Positions 39,805-50,538 of a stretch of 64,000 bases of DNA are shown here, piece by piece. This stretch comes from a bacterium. GTDB lineage: Bacteria; UBA8248; JACPRG01; G963555815. The notes below the pieces were generated by a model. It was given only the letters and a program-made list of their open reading frames with translations. It was not told the DNA's origin and made no database searches. How positions within the stretch are numbered: the first letter of the stretch is position 1; every line of letters starts with the position of its first letter. The stretch spans positions 1-64,000 of the forward strand of contig CBDHDG010000004.1 in assembly GCA_965261595.1 (NCBI GenBank). Reading direction: 5' to 3'. Position numbers and translations under genes: made by a program.

Positions 39805-40459
39805 GATTCCGTCTCCTTACGGGCCGGTGGTTGAGAGAGGCGGAGATGTCCTCCCCGCGGGACATCCGTCCGCCGCCCCGCTCACGGCCCGGCTCGGCCT
39901 CTTCGCGGCGCAGAGCGCGTCGGGAAATTGCGGCGGTGAGTTGTCGTTGCGGTGAATGTTTCGGTGGGTGGGAATGCGACCCCCTCGGCCACCACCGGGC
40001 TGCCCGTGGTTCGGACGGGGGGTATCCTAATCTACCAATCTTGGGGAAGTCTTACGTCCACGGGCTGTCGCCCACCTCATGGCGGGGGCAAAAACCACCA
40101 TCAGTCCAAGAGCCCTTCCTGGGGTCTGCAATCTCTATTTGGAATTCGAGCGGCAGGGCATTGTTGAGAATAGTAATAGTGTCCCATACGACGCGAAAGA
40201 TTTCCACAGCATTCGGATCGTTCCGATGCAAAAGCTCACTTAATCTGTGATCGATCTAATCTTTAAGTTTAACTCGAAACTGGTAGAATAGGAATTGTGC
40301 ACATCGCTTGAAACCGTGATAGATGGGAGACACAGGCGGGGAACAAAACGTAAACTTGGGTCTCGTCGATGTGATGTTCAACTTCTCGCACTTGCGGTCA
40401 TCGCAGTCCGAGTGACACGGTGATTCCGGGCTAGGCCGACCACCCAAAAGGCCCATTGT

Positions 40460-42140
40460 CCCGCATTTCCCATTTGGGTCATAAGATTCGACAGACCGAA
40501 AGGCGCTTTCTCATGTAAAATCAGCGTGTTGGCTTCCCCCTGCCATGTTCTCGCGGGGGAACCCTATGGGTGAAGCGAAAAAGACGGCATTGAGGGTCCA
40601 TTGTAACCGTAGGCTGAGGCTTGACTTTCACGGAGCCAGAATCACTTCAGATGCAGGATTGCTGGCCTGCCGGGAGTTGGATGATGCGCTGGGTTTGACG
40701 GTGAGAGTGCCAGCCCACTGGCACGAGATCCGTCATGGCCGGAACGTCCAGCATGAGTTGGCGCCGCTATTGCGCCAGTCAGTCTATAGTCGCCTGGCCG
40801 GGTACGAGGACACCAACGATGCCGAGCGATTGGCGAGAGACCCTGCTAGGCAAGCCGTAGTTGGCCGGCGGGCACTTGAGAAGCAGGCGGCCAGTACCAA
40901 CACATTGAGCTGGTTCGAGACGGAAGTTCTCTGCAGCGAGGAGAACCTGAGTAGGCTGAGGCAACTGAACACGGAATGGGTAGAGCGGGCCATGAGCCGC
41001 ACGCCGCATCAGCGGGTCATCCTGGACATGGATAGCTCGGAAAGCCGGGTGCACGGACAGCAGGAAGGGACTGCCTATAACGGTCACTTCGGTTCCCTGT
41101 GCGACCATCCCTTATTCTGCTTCAACCAGTTTGGGGACTGCGAGGGGGCGATGTTGCGTCTGGGCAACGTTCACAGCGCCGATGGGTGGCGAAAGTTGTT
41201 GGAGCCCATCACGGCCCGCTATGAGCACGCTGATGTTCGCCGTTCCTTTCGGGCCGATGCCGCCTTTACGAGCCCCGAGGTCTATGAGTACGTTGGAAGA
41301 GCGTGGCTTCCTCTACGCCATCCGGCTCCCTGCGAACGAAGTGCTCTACCCACGGATCGACTTCCTGCTGACTCGCCCGGTCGGTCGCCCGCCCAAGAGA
41401 CCCATCATCTTCTATCACGACTTCCGGTATCAGGCTGGAAGCTGGGACCACCCCCGAGGGGTGGTGGCGAAGGTGGAATGGCACTCAGGCGAACGCTTCC
41501 CTCGCGTCGGATTCATTGTCACGGACCTGACGGCTCGACCCGAGGGGGTCGTGCACTTCTACAACCAGCGAGGCACAGCCGAGCAATGGATCAAGGAAGG
41601 CAAGTACGCCCTGAACTGGACACGCCTTTCCTGTCACCGGTTCGTGTGCAACCAGGTGCGGCTCCTTCTCTTCGTCCTGGGGTACAACCTGGGCAATTTC
41701 CTGCGGAGGTTAGCCTTGCCCAGGGGGCTCAAGCACTGGTCGCTGCGAAGCCTCCAGGTCAAGCTCATCAAAATGGGCGGCCGGATTGTGCGCCATGCCC
41801 GGCACATCATCTTTCAGTTGGCCGAGGTAGCCGTATCCAGGGAGGTGTTCGCTCTCATCCTGGACTGGATCAACCGATTGCGGCCCGTACCTGTCTAACC
41901 GCTCTCAGCGCAGTCCACCCGAGGACATAATGGTGAATGTTCTGTCCCTTCCAGATGACCTGCTGGGAAGGCTCGCCTACCCGGAGGGGTGGCATGATTT
42001 TCAATGGCGGATAACGCTCCGATTAGGGTTTCAGGCACCTGAAATGGGATTGACAGGTCCGGGAGAGAGGGGTCTAATTGAGTTAAACAGTAACGAGGGG
42101 TCGGTACAGGCCTGTCCGGATTTGATATGGGAAATTCCGG
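40460..42140 (+). mobile_element. IS1380-family element, copy 2
   Basis: IRs CCCGCATTTCCCAT / ATGGGAAATTCCGG; transposase related to copy 1. Confidence 0.9.
40566..41898 (+). pseudogene. IS1380 transposase, frameshifted near 41292
   Basis: Same motifs as copy 1; frame switch at YEY|LEERGF. Confidence 0.85.
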
Positions 42141-42772
42141 TTATAAGGCGTGGCGGTGAATGTCGGTCATTGTCGATGGCTGCGACGATGGCTTGGTGAA
42201 ACTGGAGTTACTCCCCGCGTCCGCCGCCTAGACGTCGCGGGCGCGTCGCTGACATGCGAAGCGCCTCCAGCCGACTGTACGCACTTGAACTCTCGCCTAG
42301 GATTTCATCATACTGCTCAGTCCAGGTGTCCTGAATCGGAGATCGCCGCGACCTTTGTCCGCAGTTGATAGACGGGCTACTTACCGCTCGGACATGGGAA
42401 CGCGTACCGGCGCTTCTACGGAGAAAAGACAATGAGGGCTATCGCTACCGACGAACTCGCTAACCCCTTATTTGTCCACGACTTCCGATCTGTCTTCCAC
42501 GGGGATAATCCCCAGTACTGTATCGCAAATCGGACGGCAATCACGGATCCCGCCCATGCACCGTCAAGTTGGACGAATCTCCCATCCCCTTCGTCAAGGT
42601 CCATACACGGGCCTAGCCCAGGACCGACAGGCCTTGTAACACTGTCCCGATGGGCTTCGTCGGTGCGGAGATCGCACGGCCCAAACTGTTGGGGCCGCTC
42701 CTGGCTTCTATCTTTGGTTGCCAAGCCAAACCCCTCACCGCCGCCCAGATACCACCTGAATGAGGCCACATA

Positions 42773-43795
42773 ATGAACGATACAGCATATTACTATCCGG
42801 CACCCTACTGGACCCTACGGGAAACTGACTGGATTAAGTCTCTATTGTTGTTTTTCGACGATATTGCCACTTTACTGCCTGACTACATGTATGGTCGCCA
42901 CGTTCATGCAGACCCGGTTCTTGCCGCACCCCTTGAGGAACGTGGTCTACTCCGCGTACTTGAACCAAAAGATTGGCTCGATGAAGAAACGACGAATCAT
43001 CTCGCAAACATTATCGTTAAATTGATCACAAACGGTGCATTCGACGATCTTCCGAAGACAGACTATTTCGCCGAACTGTCCCAATCCCGAATGGGATATG
43101 GCGCCGACGTTAAATTGGCGCAATTCTTGGTCGACGAGCTTCAAACTAAAGGACTGGCCAGACCCAGTGAAGACGGTGTATCCATCCCTCTTCATCCAAC
43201 CGTCCGTACTACTATTCTCGTCATCCTTGCACAGTTGTCACGAAGAGCAGGCCAAAAGCGGGGAATGACAATTCATCCCACAACTGACAATCACGCCGCA
43301 GTGTCGGATCTCATTCAAACGTTATCCATGGAATCGATGCCATCGAGGCAAAATGTAGTCCAATTGGATCTCGAGCCTGTGACTTTCGATCTCTCATCCA
43401 TTCCTCTTGATGATGTTTTGCAGTTTCGTGCGGAACACCAAATTGCCTACCGTTCCTACATGCGCGACCTCCGTCGCTTCATGATTGAACTGGCTGAGGT
43501 CGATGAGCCTAGTGAACGAGAAACCCTGTTACTAGAGCGACGGCAAGAAATTTCGGACGCAGCTCACGACATACAGCGAACGACCCATCGCACACTCCAA
43601 AAGAACTTGTCCTCTTGGTCTCTAGGAATTACTGGCGTTGTGTGGTCATTTTCCACTGGTGATCCGATAGGACTAATTTTGTCTGCAATCGGATTGATTC
43701 CTGGCTTGGTGTCCGGTGGACCAGAAAAGGTTGGTGCGTACTCCTATATTTTTGACATTGGCGGAACCTTCGGTGAGAAATCCGTGCGTTATTAG
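42773..43795 (+). CDS. Hypothetical protein (possibly DUF6236-like)
   Basis: 340-aa lower-GC ORF with N-terminal YYP...WIKSLLLFFDDI and a hydrophobic C-terminal hairpin; family call tentative. Confidence 0.6.
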   Translation: MNDTAYYYPAPYWTLRETDWIKSLLLFFDDIATLLPDYMYGRHVHADPVLAAPLEERGLLRVLEPKDWLDEETTNHLANIIVKLITNGAFDDLPKTDYFAELSQSRMGYGADVKLAQFLVDELQTKGLARPSEDGVSIPLHPTVRTTILVILAQLSRRAGQKRGMTIHPTTDNHAAVSDLIQTLSMESMPSRQNVVQLDLEPVTFDLSSIPLDDVLQFRAEHQIAYRSYMRDLRRFMIELAEVDEPSERETLLLERRQEISDAAHDIQRTTHRTLQKNLSSWSLGITGVVWSFSTGDPIGLILSAIGLIPGLVSGGPEKVGAYSYIFDIGGTFGEKSVRY

Positions 43796-44400
43796 AAGCC
43801 CAAGGCCGACATCGGCGTCCAGACCGCGCCGCCACTGCTTGCCCGCAGCAGCCCCAACCCGAATTTCCGTCAAGTCCCGGAGTTGACCATCAACGACAGC
43901 GTAGACAAGCCTGCGTTGTCAGGTTCTCGTGGAAGACACGCTGGAGACAATGCGCAAGCTGCCCGTACACGCCTTGGAGGCTGATCCCCGTCTTACGTTC
44001 AGACGAACCGGGCTTGCGTCGTTCCTGTTCGCGATCGTTCGTCCTCCCCCGCTCTAGGGTTTTGTTGGACACTCGATTGATCCATGATTCATGGAGAAAG
44101 GGGTGTCGCGATGAACGAACAAAAGCAAGAGGGGGCTTTGGCGGAGGGCGCCCGTAGGGCGAACGGAGCCAAGGCCCCAGGGCATCGCAGTGAGCGGGGT
44201 CGGTTCTCCTGCCAGCGCAAGCGGGAGGCGGTCCTGCGTCTTTTGCGGTGCGAGAGCCTGGAGACGCTCTGCCGCGAGTTGGGCACGACAGCGGCTCGGC
44301 TTTCCGCCTGGCGCGAGGCGTTCCTTCGGGGAATTACAAAGAAAGGTTGACATTTCCGCTCTCAATCCCTATATTTCAAGTATTGGAAGGGAGAGCGGAA

Positions 44401-45369
44401 ATGGCGAAAAAAGCACCCGGAAAAGCGCACCGCAAGGGGATCACCATCGTTCAATTGATGGATATGTTTCCGACCGAGAAAGCCGCCACGGCGTGGTTCG
44501 AATCGGTAATCTGGCCGGACGGTCGCCACTGCCCCAAGTGCGGATCGCTCCGCACCAGCGAGGCCAGTCACGCGAAAATGCCCTATTGGTGCACCGATTG
44601 CCGATCCTATTTCAGCGTCAAGACGGGCACGGCCATGCAGCGGTCGAAAATCCCACTCCGGAAGTGGGCCATCGCCATCTATCTCTGTCTGACAAACCTC
44701 AAGTCGGTTTCGTCCATGAAGCTGCAACGCGACATTGGCGTTTCGCAGCCCACGGCTTGGTTCATGCTTCACCGTATCCGGGAAGCATGGGGCGGGGATG
44801 GCGAAGGCCCGTTTGACGGCCCGGTCGAGTTCGACGAAACCTATGTCGGCGGGAAGCGCCAGAACATGTCGAACGCGAAGCGCAAGGCGACGACGGGGAG
44901 CGGACCGGTGGACATGGTGGCGGTCGTGGGCGCGAAGGACCGGGCGACGAACAAGGTCAACGCCCGCGTGATCGAGAGCACCGACAAGGCCACGCTGCAA
45001 GATTTCGTGGCCGAGAACGCCGAGCCGGACGCGGTGGTCTACACCGATGACGCCGCTGCCTACGAGGGCATCCCGAACCCGCACGAAAGCATTAAGCACT
45101 CGGTCTCCGAATACGTCAACGGCATGGCGCACACCAACGGGATCGAGTCCTTCTGGTCGATGCTCAAGCGCGCCCACAAGGGCACCTTCCACAAGATCAG
45201 CCCGAAGCACATGCAACGCTACGTCTCCGAATTTGCTGGCAAACACAACGTCCGCGACTCAGGAACGCTTGCGCAGATGCGGCACACCGTCGCTCGGCTG
45301 GTCGGGCGCAACCTTCTCTACCGCGACCTCATCGCGGACAACGGGCTTTCGTCGGGCTCCGGGGCGTAA
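44401..45369 (+). CDS. IS1595 transposase
   Basis: Zn ribbon CPKC/CTDC, VEFDETYVGG, VYTDD, HTNGIESFW. Confidence 0.92.
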   Translation: MAKKAPGKAHRKGITIVQLMDMFPTEKAATAWFESVIWPDGRHCPKCGSLRTSEASHAKMPYWCTDCRSYFSVKTGTAMQRSKIPLRKWAIAIYLCLTNLKSVSSMKLQRDIGVSQPTAWFMLHRIREAWGGDGEGPFDGPVEFDETYVGGKRQNMSNAKRKATTGSGPVDMVAVVGAKDRATNKVNARVIESTDKATLQDFVAENAEPDAVVYTDDAAAYEGIPNPHESIKHSVSEYVNGMAHTNGIESFWSMLKRAHKGTFHKISPKHMQRYVSEFAGKHNVRDSGTLAQMRHTVARLVGRNLLYRDLIADNGLSSGSGA

Positions 45370-45481
45370 CGGTTCCGTGCGGCGGAACAGCGCCTTTGCC
45401 AGCGTCTCCGGAGTCGCGCCCGCCAAGTCCACCCTGGGGTCAAGCTTGGAGCGATACGGCATAGCAGTCGACCTCCACCCG

Positions 45482-45919
45482 TTAGGTAATTTCGTCTTGG
45501 TGCGCGACGAGACAGCGCGCCGCATTTTTCTGGAACCACTGGTGTAGAAGCTGGCCGTTGTACTGATCTCCGATCTGCGCACCAACCACCTTGTCAAACC
45601 TTGCGAGAATTTGCGCTCGCACGGCGATCAACTTGCTCGATGCCATGGTTTCATCGGGGTCGACGTAGCGATTCGCGATTACACAGGCCGTCGTATAATC
45701 CACTTCCAATGAAACCCCCGGTTGGGCGATCTTGGATCGCCTTCTCCGTATTTGACGGTAAACTACCGGCGTGTAGATGGCGAGGATGCCTAATAGCCCG
45801 ACGCCAGCGAGAATGCCCCATCTGTAATCGCCTAACGGGAACATCGGTTCCGTCCAGAATCCGACGCACAATACGACTGTGGAGAAGAACGTTGACACGA
45901 CAGGGCCTCTCCAATCCAT
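45482..45919 (-). CDS. IS1595 passenger: 2-TM hypothetical protein
   Basis: 145 aa, inside the IS IRs, convergent on the transposase. Confidence 0.6.
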   Translation of the reverse strand: MDWRGPVVSTFFSTVVLCVGFWTEPMFPLGDYRWGILAGVGLLGILAIYTPVVYRQIRRRRSKIAQPGVSLEVDYTTACVIANRYVDPDETMASSKLIAVRAQILARFDKVVGAQIGDQYNGQLLHQWFQKNAARCLVAHQDEIT

Positions 45920-46145
45920 CCGTCAAGCATGCGCGCCTCCCGCGCTGGCGTCAACCAATCTTTGTAATTCCCTTCCTTCGCGGGGGCGAGGCGGCGCTCA
46001 AAGCCCGCCCGGCGGATGAGCGGGACGAGGAGAACGCCCGGCTCAAGGCCAAGGTGGGCGAACTCACGATGGAGGGCGAGGTCCTGCGGGAGAAGATCGA
46101 CCGCCTGGAGGCCGGCCGCCCTTTAGCCGGCAGGAGGTGGAGGCG

Positions 46146-47054
46146 ATGAGTCAGGCCCGCTTCACCTCCACGGGCAGAGCCTACGGCCTGAAGCGGGTGT
46201 GCGCCCTTTGGGGCTTGGCGCGCTCCACGGTCTACGCGCAACGGCGGCGAGAGGCGGTCCCCGTTCATGAACGCCCCACGCCCAATAAGCGCGGCCCTGT
46301 GGGCCCGTGCACCGATGCGGAACTCCTCGGTCACATCCGGCAGGTCCTGGAGGACTCTCCCTTCCATGGCGAGGGCTACCGCAAGGTGTGGGCGAGGCTG
46401 CGCTTCGCGGGCATCCGCACCAGCAAGGAGCGGGTGCGTCGCCTGATGCGGGAGGCGGGGCTTCAGGCCCCCCACCGGGTGGGCAAACCCCGAGGTCCCA
46501 AGGCCCACAACGGGACCATCCGCACCGAGCGGCCCGACCGAATGTGGGGCACGGACATGACGACGACGGTGACCACCGAGGAGGGGATGGCCTCGGTGTT
46601 CGTGGCGGTGGATCACTGTTCGGTGGACTGCGTGGGGATCCATGCGGCCAAGAGCGGCAACCGCTTCGAGGCCCTGGAGCCGATCCGGCAGGGGGTCGCC
46701 GAGCGCTTCGCCGGCTTGGAGGCGGACGTCGCCGAGGGGCTTAAAGTTCGTCACGACCACGGCCCCGCCTATCTGTCCGATGACTTTCAGCGGGAGATCG
46801 CCTACCTGGGCATGACCAGTTCGCCCAGCTTCGTGCGGGCGCCCGAGGGAAATGGCTACTGTGAGTGGTTCATCCGCATCTTGAAGGAGAATCTCCTGTG
46901 GGTGCGCTCTTTCGCCACCGTAGAGGAACTGCGGTGGGCGCTGCTTGAGTTCAAGAACCTGTACAACCATCATTGGATTCTCGAGGGCTACGGCTACCGA
47001 ACGCCGGCCCAGGCAAGGCAGGAAAAACTCGCTCAAGTTGCGGAGGCCGCATGA
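46146..47054 (+). CDS. IS3 OrfB transposase (copy 2)
   Basis: WGTDMT, RHDHG, PEGNGYCE. Confidence 0.88.
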   Translation: MSQARFTSTGRAYGLKRVCALWGLARSTVYAQRRREAVPVHERPTPNKRGPVGPCTDAELLGHIRQVLEDSPFHGEGYRKVWARLRFAGIRTSKERVRRLMREAGLQAPHRVGKPRGPKAHNGTIRTERPDRMWGTDMTTTVTTEEGMASVFVAVDHCSVDCVGIHAAKSGNRFEALEPIRQGVAERFAGLEADVAEGLKVRHDHGPAYLSDDFQREIAYLGMTSSPSFVRAPEGNGYCEWFIRILKENLLWVRSFATVEELRWALLEFKNLYNHHWILEGYGYRTPAQARQEKLAQVAEAA

Positions 47055-47442
47055 GGTCGAATACCCTCACCCGAGTGTCCAATAACCCAGGGGCGGTCCA
47101 CCTTGCTCGTATGCCTCATTGAGGTCTGGGTCAAACCACATTGCAACAAAACCTTGTTTGGAGTCGACCATAACCTTCTGCAAGTGTTCTACATGAATCC
47201 ATCCCTCATGGGTAATCCTTGCCCGATCTGCCGAAGAATATTCAACGTAGCGCTTATTCTTAAGAAGTGCCACCACGGAAGTTACTTCTCGTCTGTTTTT
47301 CCCGTGAATGGCCGATATGCAGTGTGGGTGAATTGCGTTCACTTCGCTATCATAATGCTGATATTCTTTGGCAATGTCCCCCGCTCTAGGGTTTTGTTGG
47401 ACACTCGATTGATCCATGATTCATGGAGAAAGGGGTGTCGCG

Positions 47443-47829
47443 ATGAACGAACAAAAGCAAGAGGGGGCTTTGGCGGAGGGCGCCCGCAGGGCGAACGGAG
47501 CCAAGGCCCCAGGGCATCGCAGTGAGCGGGGTCGGTTCTCCTGCCAGCGCAAGCGGGAGGCGGTCCTGCGTCTTTTGCGGGGCGAGAGCCTGGAGACGCT
47601 CTGCCGCGAGTTGGGCACGACAGCGGCTCGGCTTTCCGCCTGGCGCGAGGCGTTCCTTCGCGGGGGCGAGGCGGCGCTCAAAGCCCGCCCGGCGGATGAG
47701 CGGGCCGAGGAGAACGCCCGGCTCAAGGCCAAGGTGGGCGAACTCACGATGGAGGGCGAGGTCCTGCGGGAGAAGATCGACCGCCTGGAGGCCGGCCGCC
47801 CTTTAGCCGGCAGGAGGTGGAGGCGATGA
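47443..47829 (+). CDS. IS3 OrfA (copy 3)
   Basis: Near-identical to 18050-18436. Confidence 0.85.
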   Translation: MNEQKQEGALAEGARRANGAKAPGHRSERGRFSCQRKREAVLRLLRGESLETLCRELGTTAARLSAWREAFLRGGEAALKARPADERAEENARLKAKVGELTMEGEVLREKIDRLEAGRPLAGRRWRR

Positions 47830-48734
47830 GTCAGGCCCGCTTCACCTCCACGGGCAGAGCCTACGGCCTGAAGCGGGTGTGCGCCCTTTGGGGCTTGGCG
47901 CGCTCCACGGTCTACGCGCAACGGCGGCGAGAGGCGGTCCCCGTTCATGAACGCCCCACGCCCAATAAGCGCGGCCCTGTGGGCCCGTGCACCGATGCGG
48001 AACTCCTCGGCCACATCCGGCAGGTCCTGGAGGACTCTCCCTTCCATGGCGAGGGCTACCGCAAGGTGTGGGCGAGGCTGCGCTTCGCGGGCATCCGCAC
48101 CAGCAAGGAGCGGGTGCGTCGCCTGATGCGGGAGGCGGGGCTTCAGGCCCCCCACCGGGTGGGCAAACCCCGAGGTCCCAAGGCCCACAACGGGACCATC
48201 CGCACCGAGCGGCCCGACCGAATGTGGGGCACGGACATGACGACGACGGTGACCACCGAGGAGGGGGTGGCCTCGGTGTTCGTGGCGGTGGATCACTGCT
48301 CGGTGGACTGCGTGGGGATCCATGCGGCCAAGAGCGGCAACCGCTTCGAGGCCCTGGAGCCGATCCGGCAGGGGGTCGCCGAGCGCTTCGCCGGCTTGGA
48401 GGCGGACGTCGCCGAGGGGCTTAAAGTTCGTCACGACCACGGCCCCGCCTATCTGTCCGATGACTTTCAGCGGGAGATCGCCTACCTGGGCATGACCAGT
48501 TCGCCCAGCTTCGTGCGGGCGCCCGAGGGAAATGGCTACTGTGAGTGGTTTATCCGCATCTTGAAGGAGAATCTCCTGTGGGTGCGCTCTTTCGCCACCG
48601 TAGAGGAACTGCGGTGGGCGCTGCTTGAGTTCAAGAACCTGTACAACCATCATTGGATTCTCGAGGGCTACGGCTACCGAACGCCGGCCCAGGCAAGGCA
48701 GGAAAAACTCGCTCAAGTTGCGGAGGCCGCATGA
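47826..48734 (+). CDS. IS3 OrfB transposase (copy 3)
   Basis: DDE motifs intact. Confidence 0.88.
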   Translation: MSQARFTSTGRAYGLKRVCALWGLARSTVYAQRRREAVPVHERPTPNKRGPVGPCTDAELLGHIRQVLEDSPFHGEGYRKVWARLRFAGIRTSKERVRRLMREAGLQAPHRVGKPRGPKAHNGTIRTERPDRMWGTDMTTTVTTEEGVASVFVAVDHCSVDCVGIHAAKSGNRFEALEPIRQGVAERFAGLEADVAEGLKVRHDHGPAYLSDDFQREIAYLGMTSSPSFVRAPEGNGYCEWFIRILKENLLWVRSFATVEELRWALLEFKNLYNHHWILEGYGYRTPAQARQEKLAQVAEAA

Positions 48735-48960
48735 GGTCGAATACCCTCACCCGAGTGTCCAATAACCCAGGGGCGGTCCAAATGTGCTTTATTAAACTGT
48801 CCGCCTTCTCCAGAAGCGAAAGCGAGGGAATTGACCGAATTTGTTCTAGAATCTCGGCAGTTAAGGTTGGGGTTAATTCCAAAGAGTTTTGGTCGTAAAT
48901 CCAACCGCTGACCTTATATGGTTCTTCCTCGTTAAAGTCATCCATCACACGGCGGCCAAT

Positions 48961-50403
48961 GAGGGTGTCCCGAATTCAGTTGAAGGTTTGAGGCGGCGGT
49001 CCGTGTGTGGTTCACCTTATGCGACCTCCTCTCGGGTGTCAAAGCGGGGCTCGTCCAGAACGGCCTTCAGGATCCACAGGTCCCGGTAGCCGTCCAGGCG
49101 ACGGAAGTTCTTCTCGGTGGCGAGGAAGGCGGAAGCGGCCCACCTTTTCACCATCGCCCCGTCCCGCCAGCGGCCGACGCGCCGGGTGCGCATCCGCACC
49201 CCCGAACAGGGACTCTCGATCAGGTTCGTGCTCACCAGGCAGCGCCGAAGGCCGGGCGGAAGAGCCAAGCGGTTGACGGTGAAGATCTCCTCCAGACCCT
49301 CCAAAAGGCTGGCGGCCGCGTCCGGATGCTCGATCTGAAGCCACCGGGCCTGCTTGCGCAGACGGGCAATCCCCTCCTTCGGCGCCAGCCGCCAGGCCGC
49401 CTTCATCGTCGCCTTCACCGGATCCTTCAACTCCTCGGGCAGGTGGTCCATCACGTTCTTCACCTTGTGGTTGCGGCACCGCTGCACCGGATTGTCGTCC
49501 CCGTACACCCGGTCAATCGCCGCACGAAGCGCCCTCGAGCCGTCGATGACAAAAAGCCGACGCCGCCCGGGCCGCACGCCGCGCTCCACCAACTCCTCAA
49601 GAAGCGCCGTCACGACCGTGGCGTTCTCGGTGGCGCCCGACCTCAGGCCCAGAACGTGCTTTTGGCCCCGTGTGTCCACCCCAACGGCCACGATGACGTG
49701 ATGCGCGCCGAAGCGCAGACCGTCCAGGTAGAGGATGAGGAGGTCGATGTCGTCAAAACGCCGCTCACAAAGACGCCGCAGCTTCGCCTCGGCCGCCTCG
49801 ATGCTCTCCCGGCTCACGGCCGACTTCGACACCCCCACCGTCTCGGCCAGCTCGGGAAGAACGGCCGCGTAGTTCCGCGTCGAGACCCCTCGCATCAGCA
49901 AATCCAGCATCCGCTCCCCCAGCCCGGGGTCGGCCTGCATGGCCGCATACGCCGGCACCTCCACCTCCCCGCCCCGACCCTGGCCCCGGCGGCGAAGCCG
50001 CGGCTTTCTCACCTTCAGCTTGCGCCCCTTCAGGGTCACCCGGCCCCCCTGGCTGCCGTGCCGGCGGACCTCGCCACCCCGCTTGCCTGGATGCGGCGCG
50101 CCCGTCAAGCCCTTGGCCGACAGCAAAAGCACGGCCTCCAGGCCCGCCCGGCCCATGACGTCCATCAGGTCCTCCACCGCCAGTTGGGACTGCTCCACCA
50201 GCGACACCAGAGGAAAAAACGCCTGCCCGTGCTCCGCCACAAAGGCGGCCAACCTTTGGGTCTCTTTCTTCTCGATGATCTGGTAAGCTTCACTCATGGC
50301 GGTTCCTCCTCTTTGAATGTTTGCCAACCCGATTCTAACCGAGTCGGCAGGAGTGAACCGCCACCTCTTTTTCTCAACCTTCAACTATGAATGGGACAGG
50401 CTC
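48961..50403 (-). mobile_element. IS256-family element
   Basis: Imperfect IRs GAGGGTGTCCC..AGTTGAAGGTT; 8-bp TSD CGGCCAAT (48953-48960 / 50404-50411). Confidence 0.92.
49017..50297 (-). CDS. IS256 transposase
   Basis: GVSTR, LYLDG, FVIDG, VQRCRNHK, STNLIES. Confidence 0.92.
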   Translation of the reverse strand: MSEAYQIIEKKETQRLAAFVAEHGQAFFPLVSLVEQSQLAVEDLMDVMGRAGLEAVLLLSAKGLTGAPHPGKRGGEVRRHGSQGGRVTLKGRKLKVRKPRLRRRGQGRGGEVEVPAYAAMQADPGLGERMLDLLMRGVSTRNYAAVLPELAETVGVSKSAVSRESIEAAEAKLRRLCERRFDDIDLLILYLDGLRFGAHHVIVAVGVDTRGQKHVLGLRSGATENATVVTALLEELVERGVRPGRRRLFVIDGSRALRAAIDRVYGDDNPVQRCRNHKVKNVMDHLPEELKDPVKATMKAAWRLAPKEGIARLRKQARWLQIEHPDAAASLLEGLEEIFTVNRLALPPGLRRCLVSTNLIESPCSGVRMRTRRVGRWRDGAMVKRWAASAFLATEKNFRRLDGYRDLWILKAVLDEPRFDTREEVA

Positions 50404-50538
50404 CGGCCAATTTCAAACTCTCCACAGCGATCACAGTTGACGTGCCAATGAAAGTCAGAAATTTCCCTTTTCTCTCTTAGATTCGCCCCACAAACAGGGC
50501 AGCGATTCGTAGCCATTTCCATGTTAATTCCCTTTAAA

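Larger units (their letters stand above)
44329..45972 (+). mobile_element. IS1595-family element with passenger gene
   Basis: 23-bp IRs GGGAATTACAAAGA(AA/TT)GGTTGAC; 8-bp TSD TTCCTTCG (44321-44328 / 45973-45980). Confidence 0.93.
44045..47100 (+). mobile_element. IS3-family element A, copy 2, with IS1595 nested in orfA; no TSD
   Basis: 3056 bp = 1404 + 1644 + 8; flanks GTCC and CCTT do not match. Confidence 0.9.
47377..48780 (+). mobile_element. IS3-family element A, copy 3 (apparently intact)
   Basis: 1404 bp; 4-bp TSD AATG (47373-47376 / 48781-48784). Confidence 0.92.
47101..50522 (-). pseudogene. Zn-ribbon + putative NDT/TIR-like domain protein, split by IS256 and IS3 and 3'-deleted
   Basis: Pieces 50522-50404, 48952-48781 and 47372-47101 join in frame: MEMATNRCPVCG...CDRCGEFEIGRRVMDD...LIKHIAKEY...KQGFVAMWFD..LNEAYEQG. 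Confidence 0.75.

Noticed and set aside
40050..40456. Minus-strand frame continuing through a TAG next to IS1380 copy 2
   Set aside because: Possibly a pseudogene remnant, but it has no recognisable motif and no convincing continuation across the IS.
42140..42773. Short overlapping ORFs upstream of the 340-aa gene
   Set aside because: No RBS or motif support on either strand.
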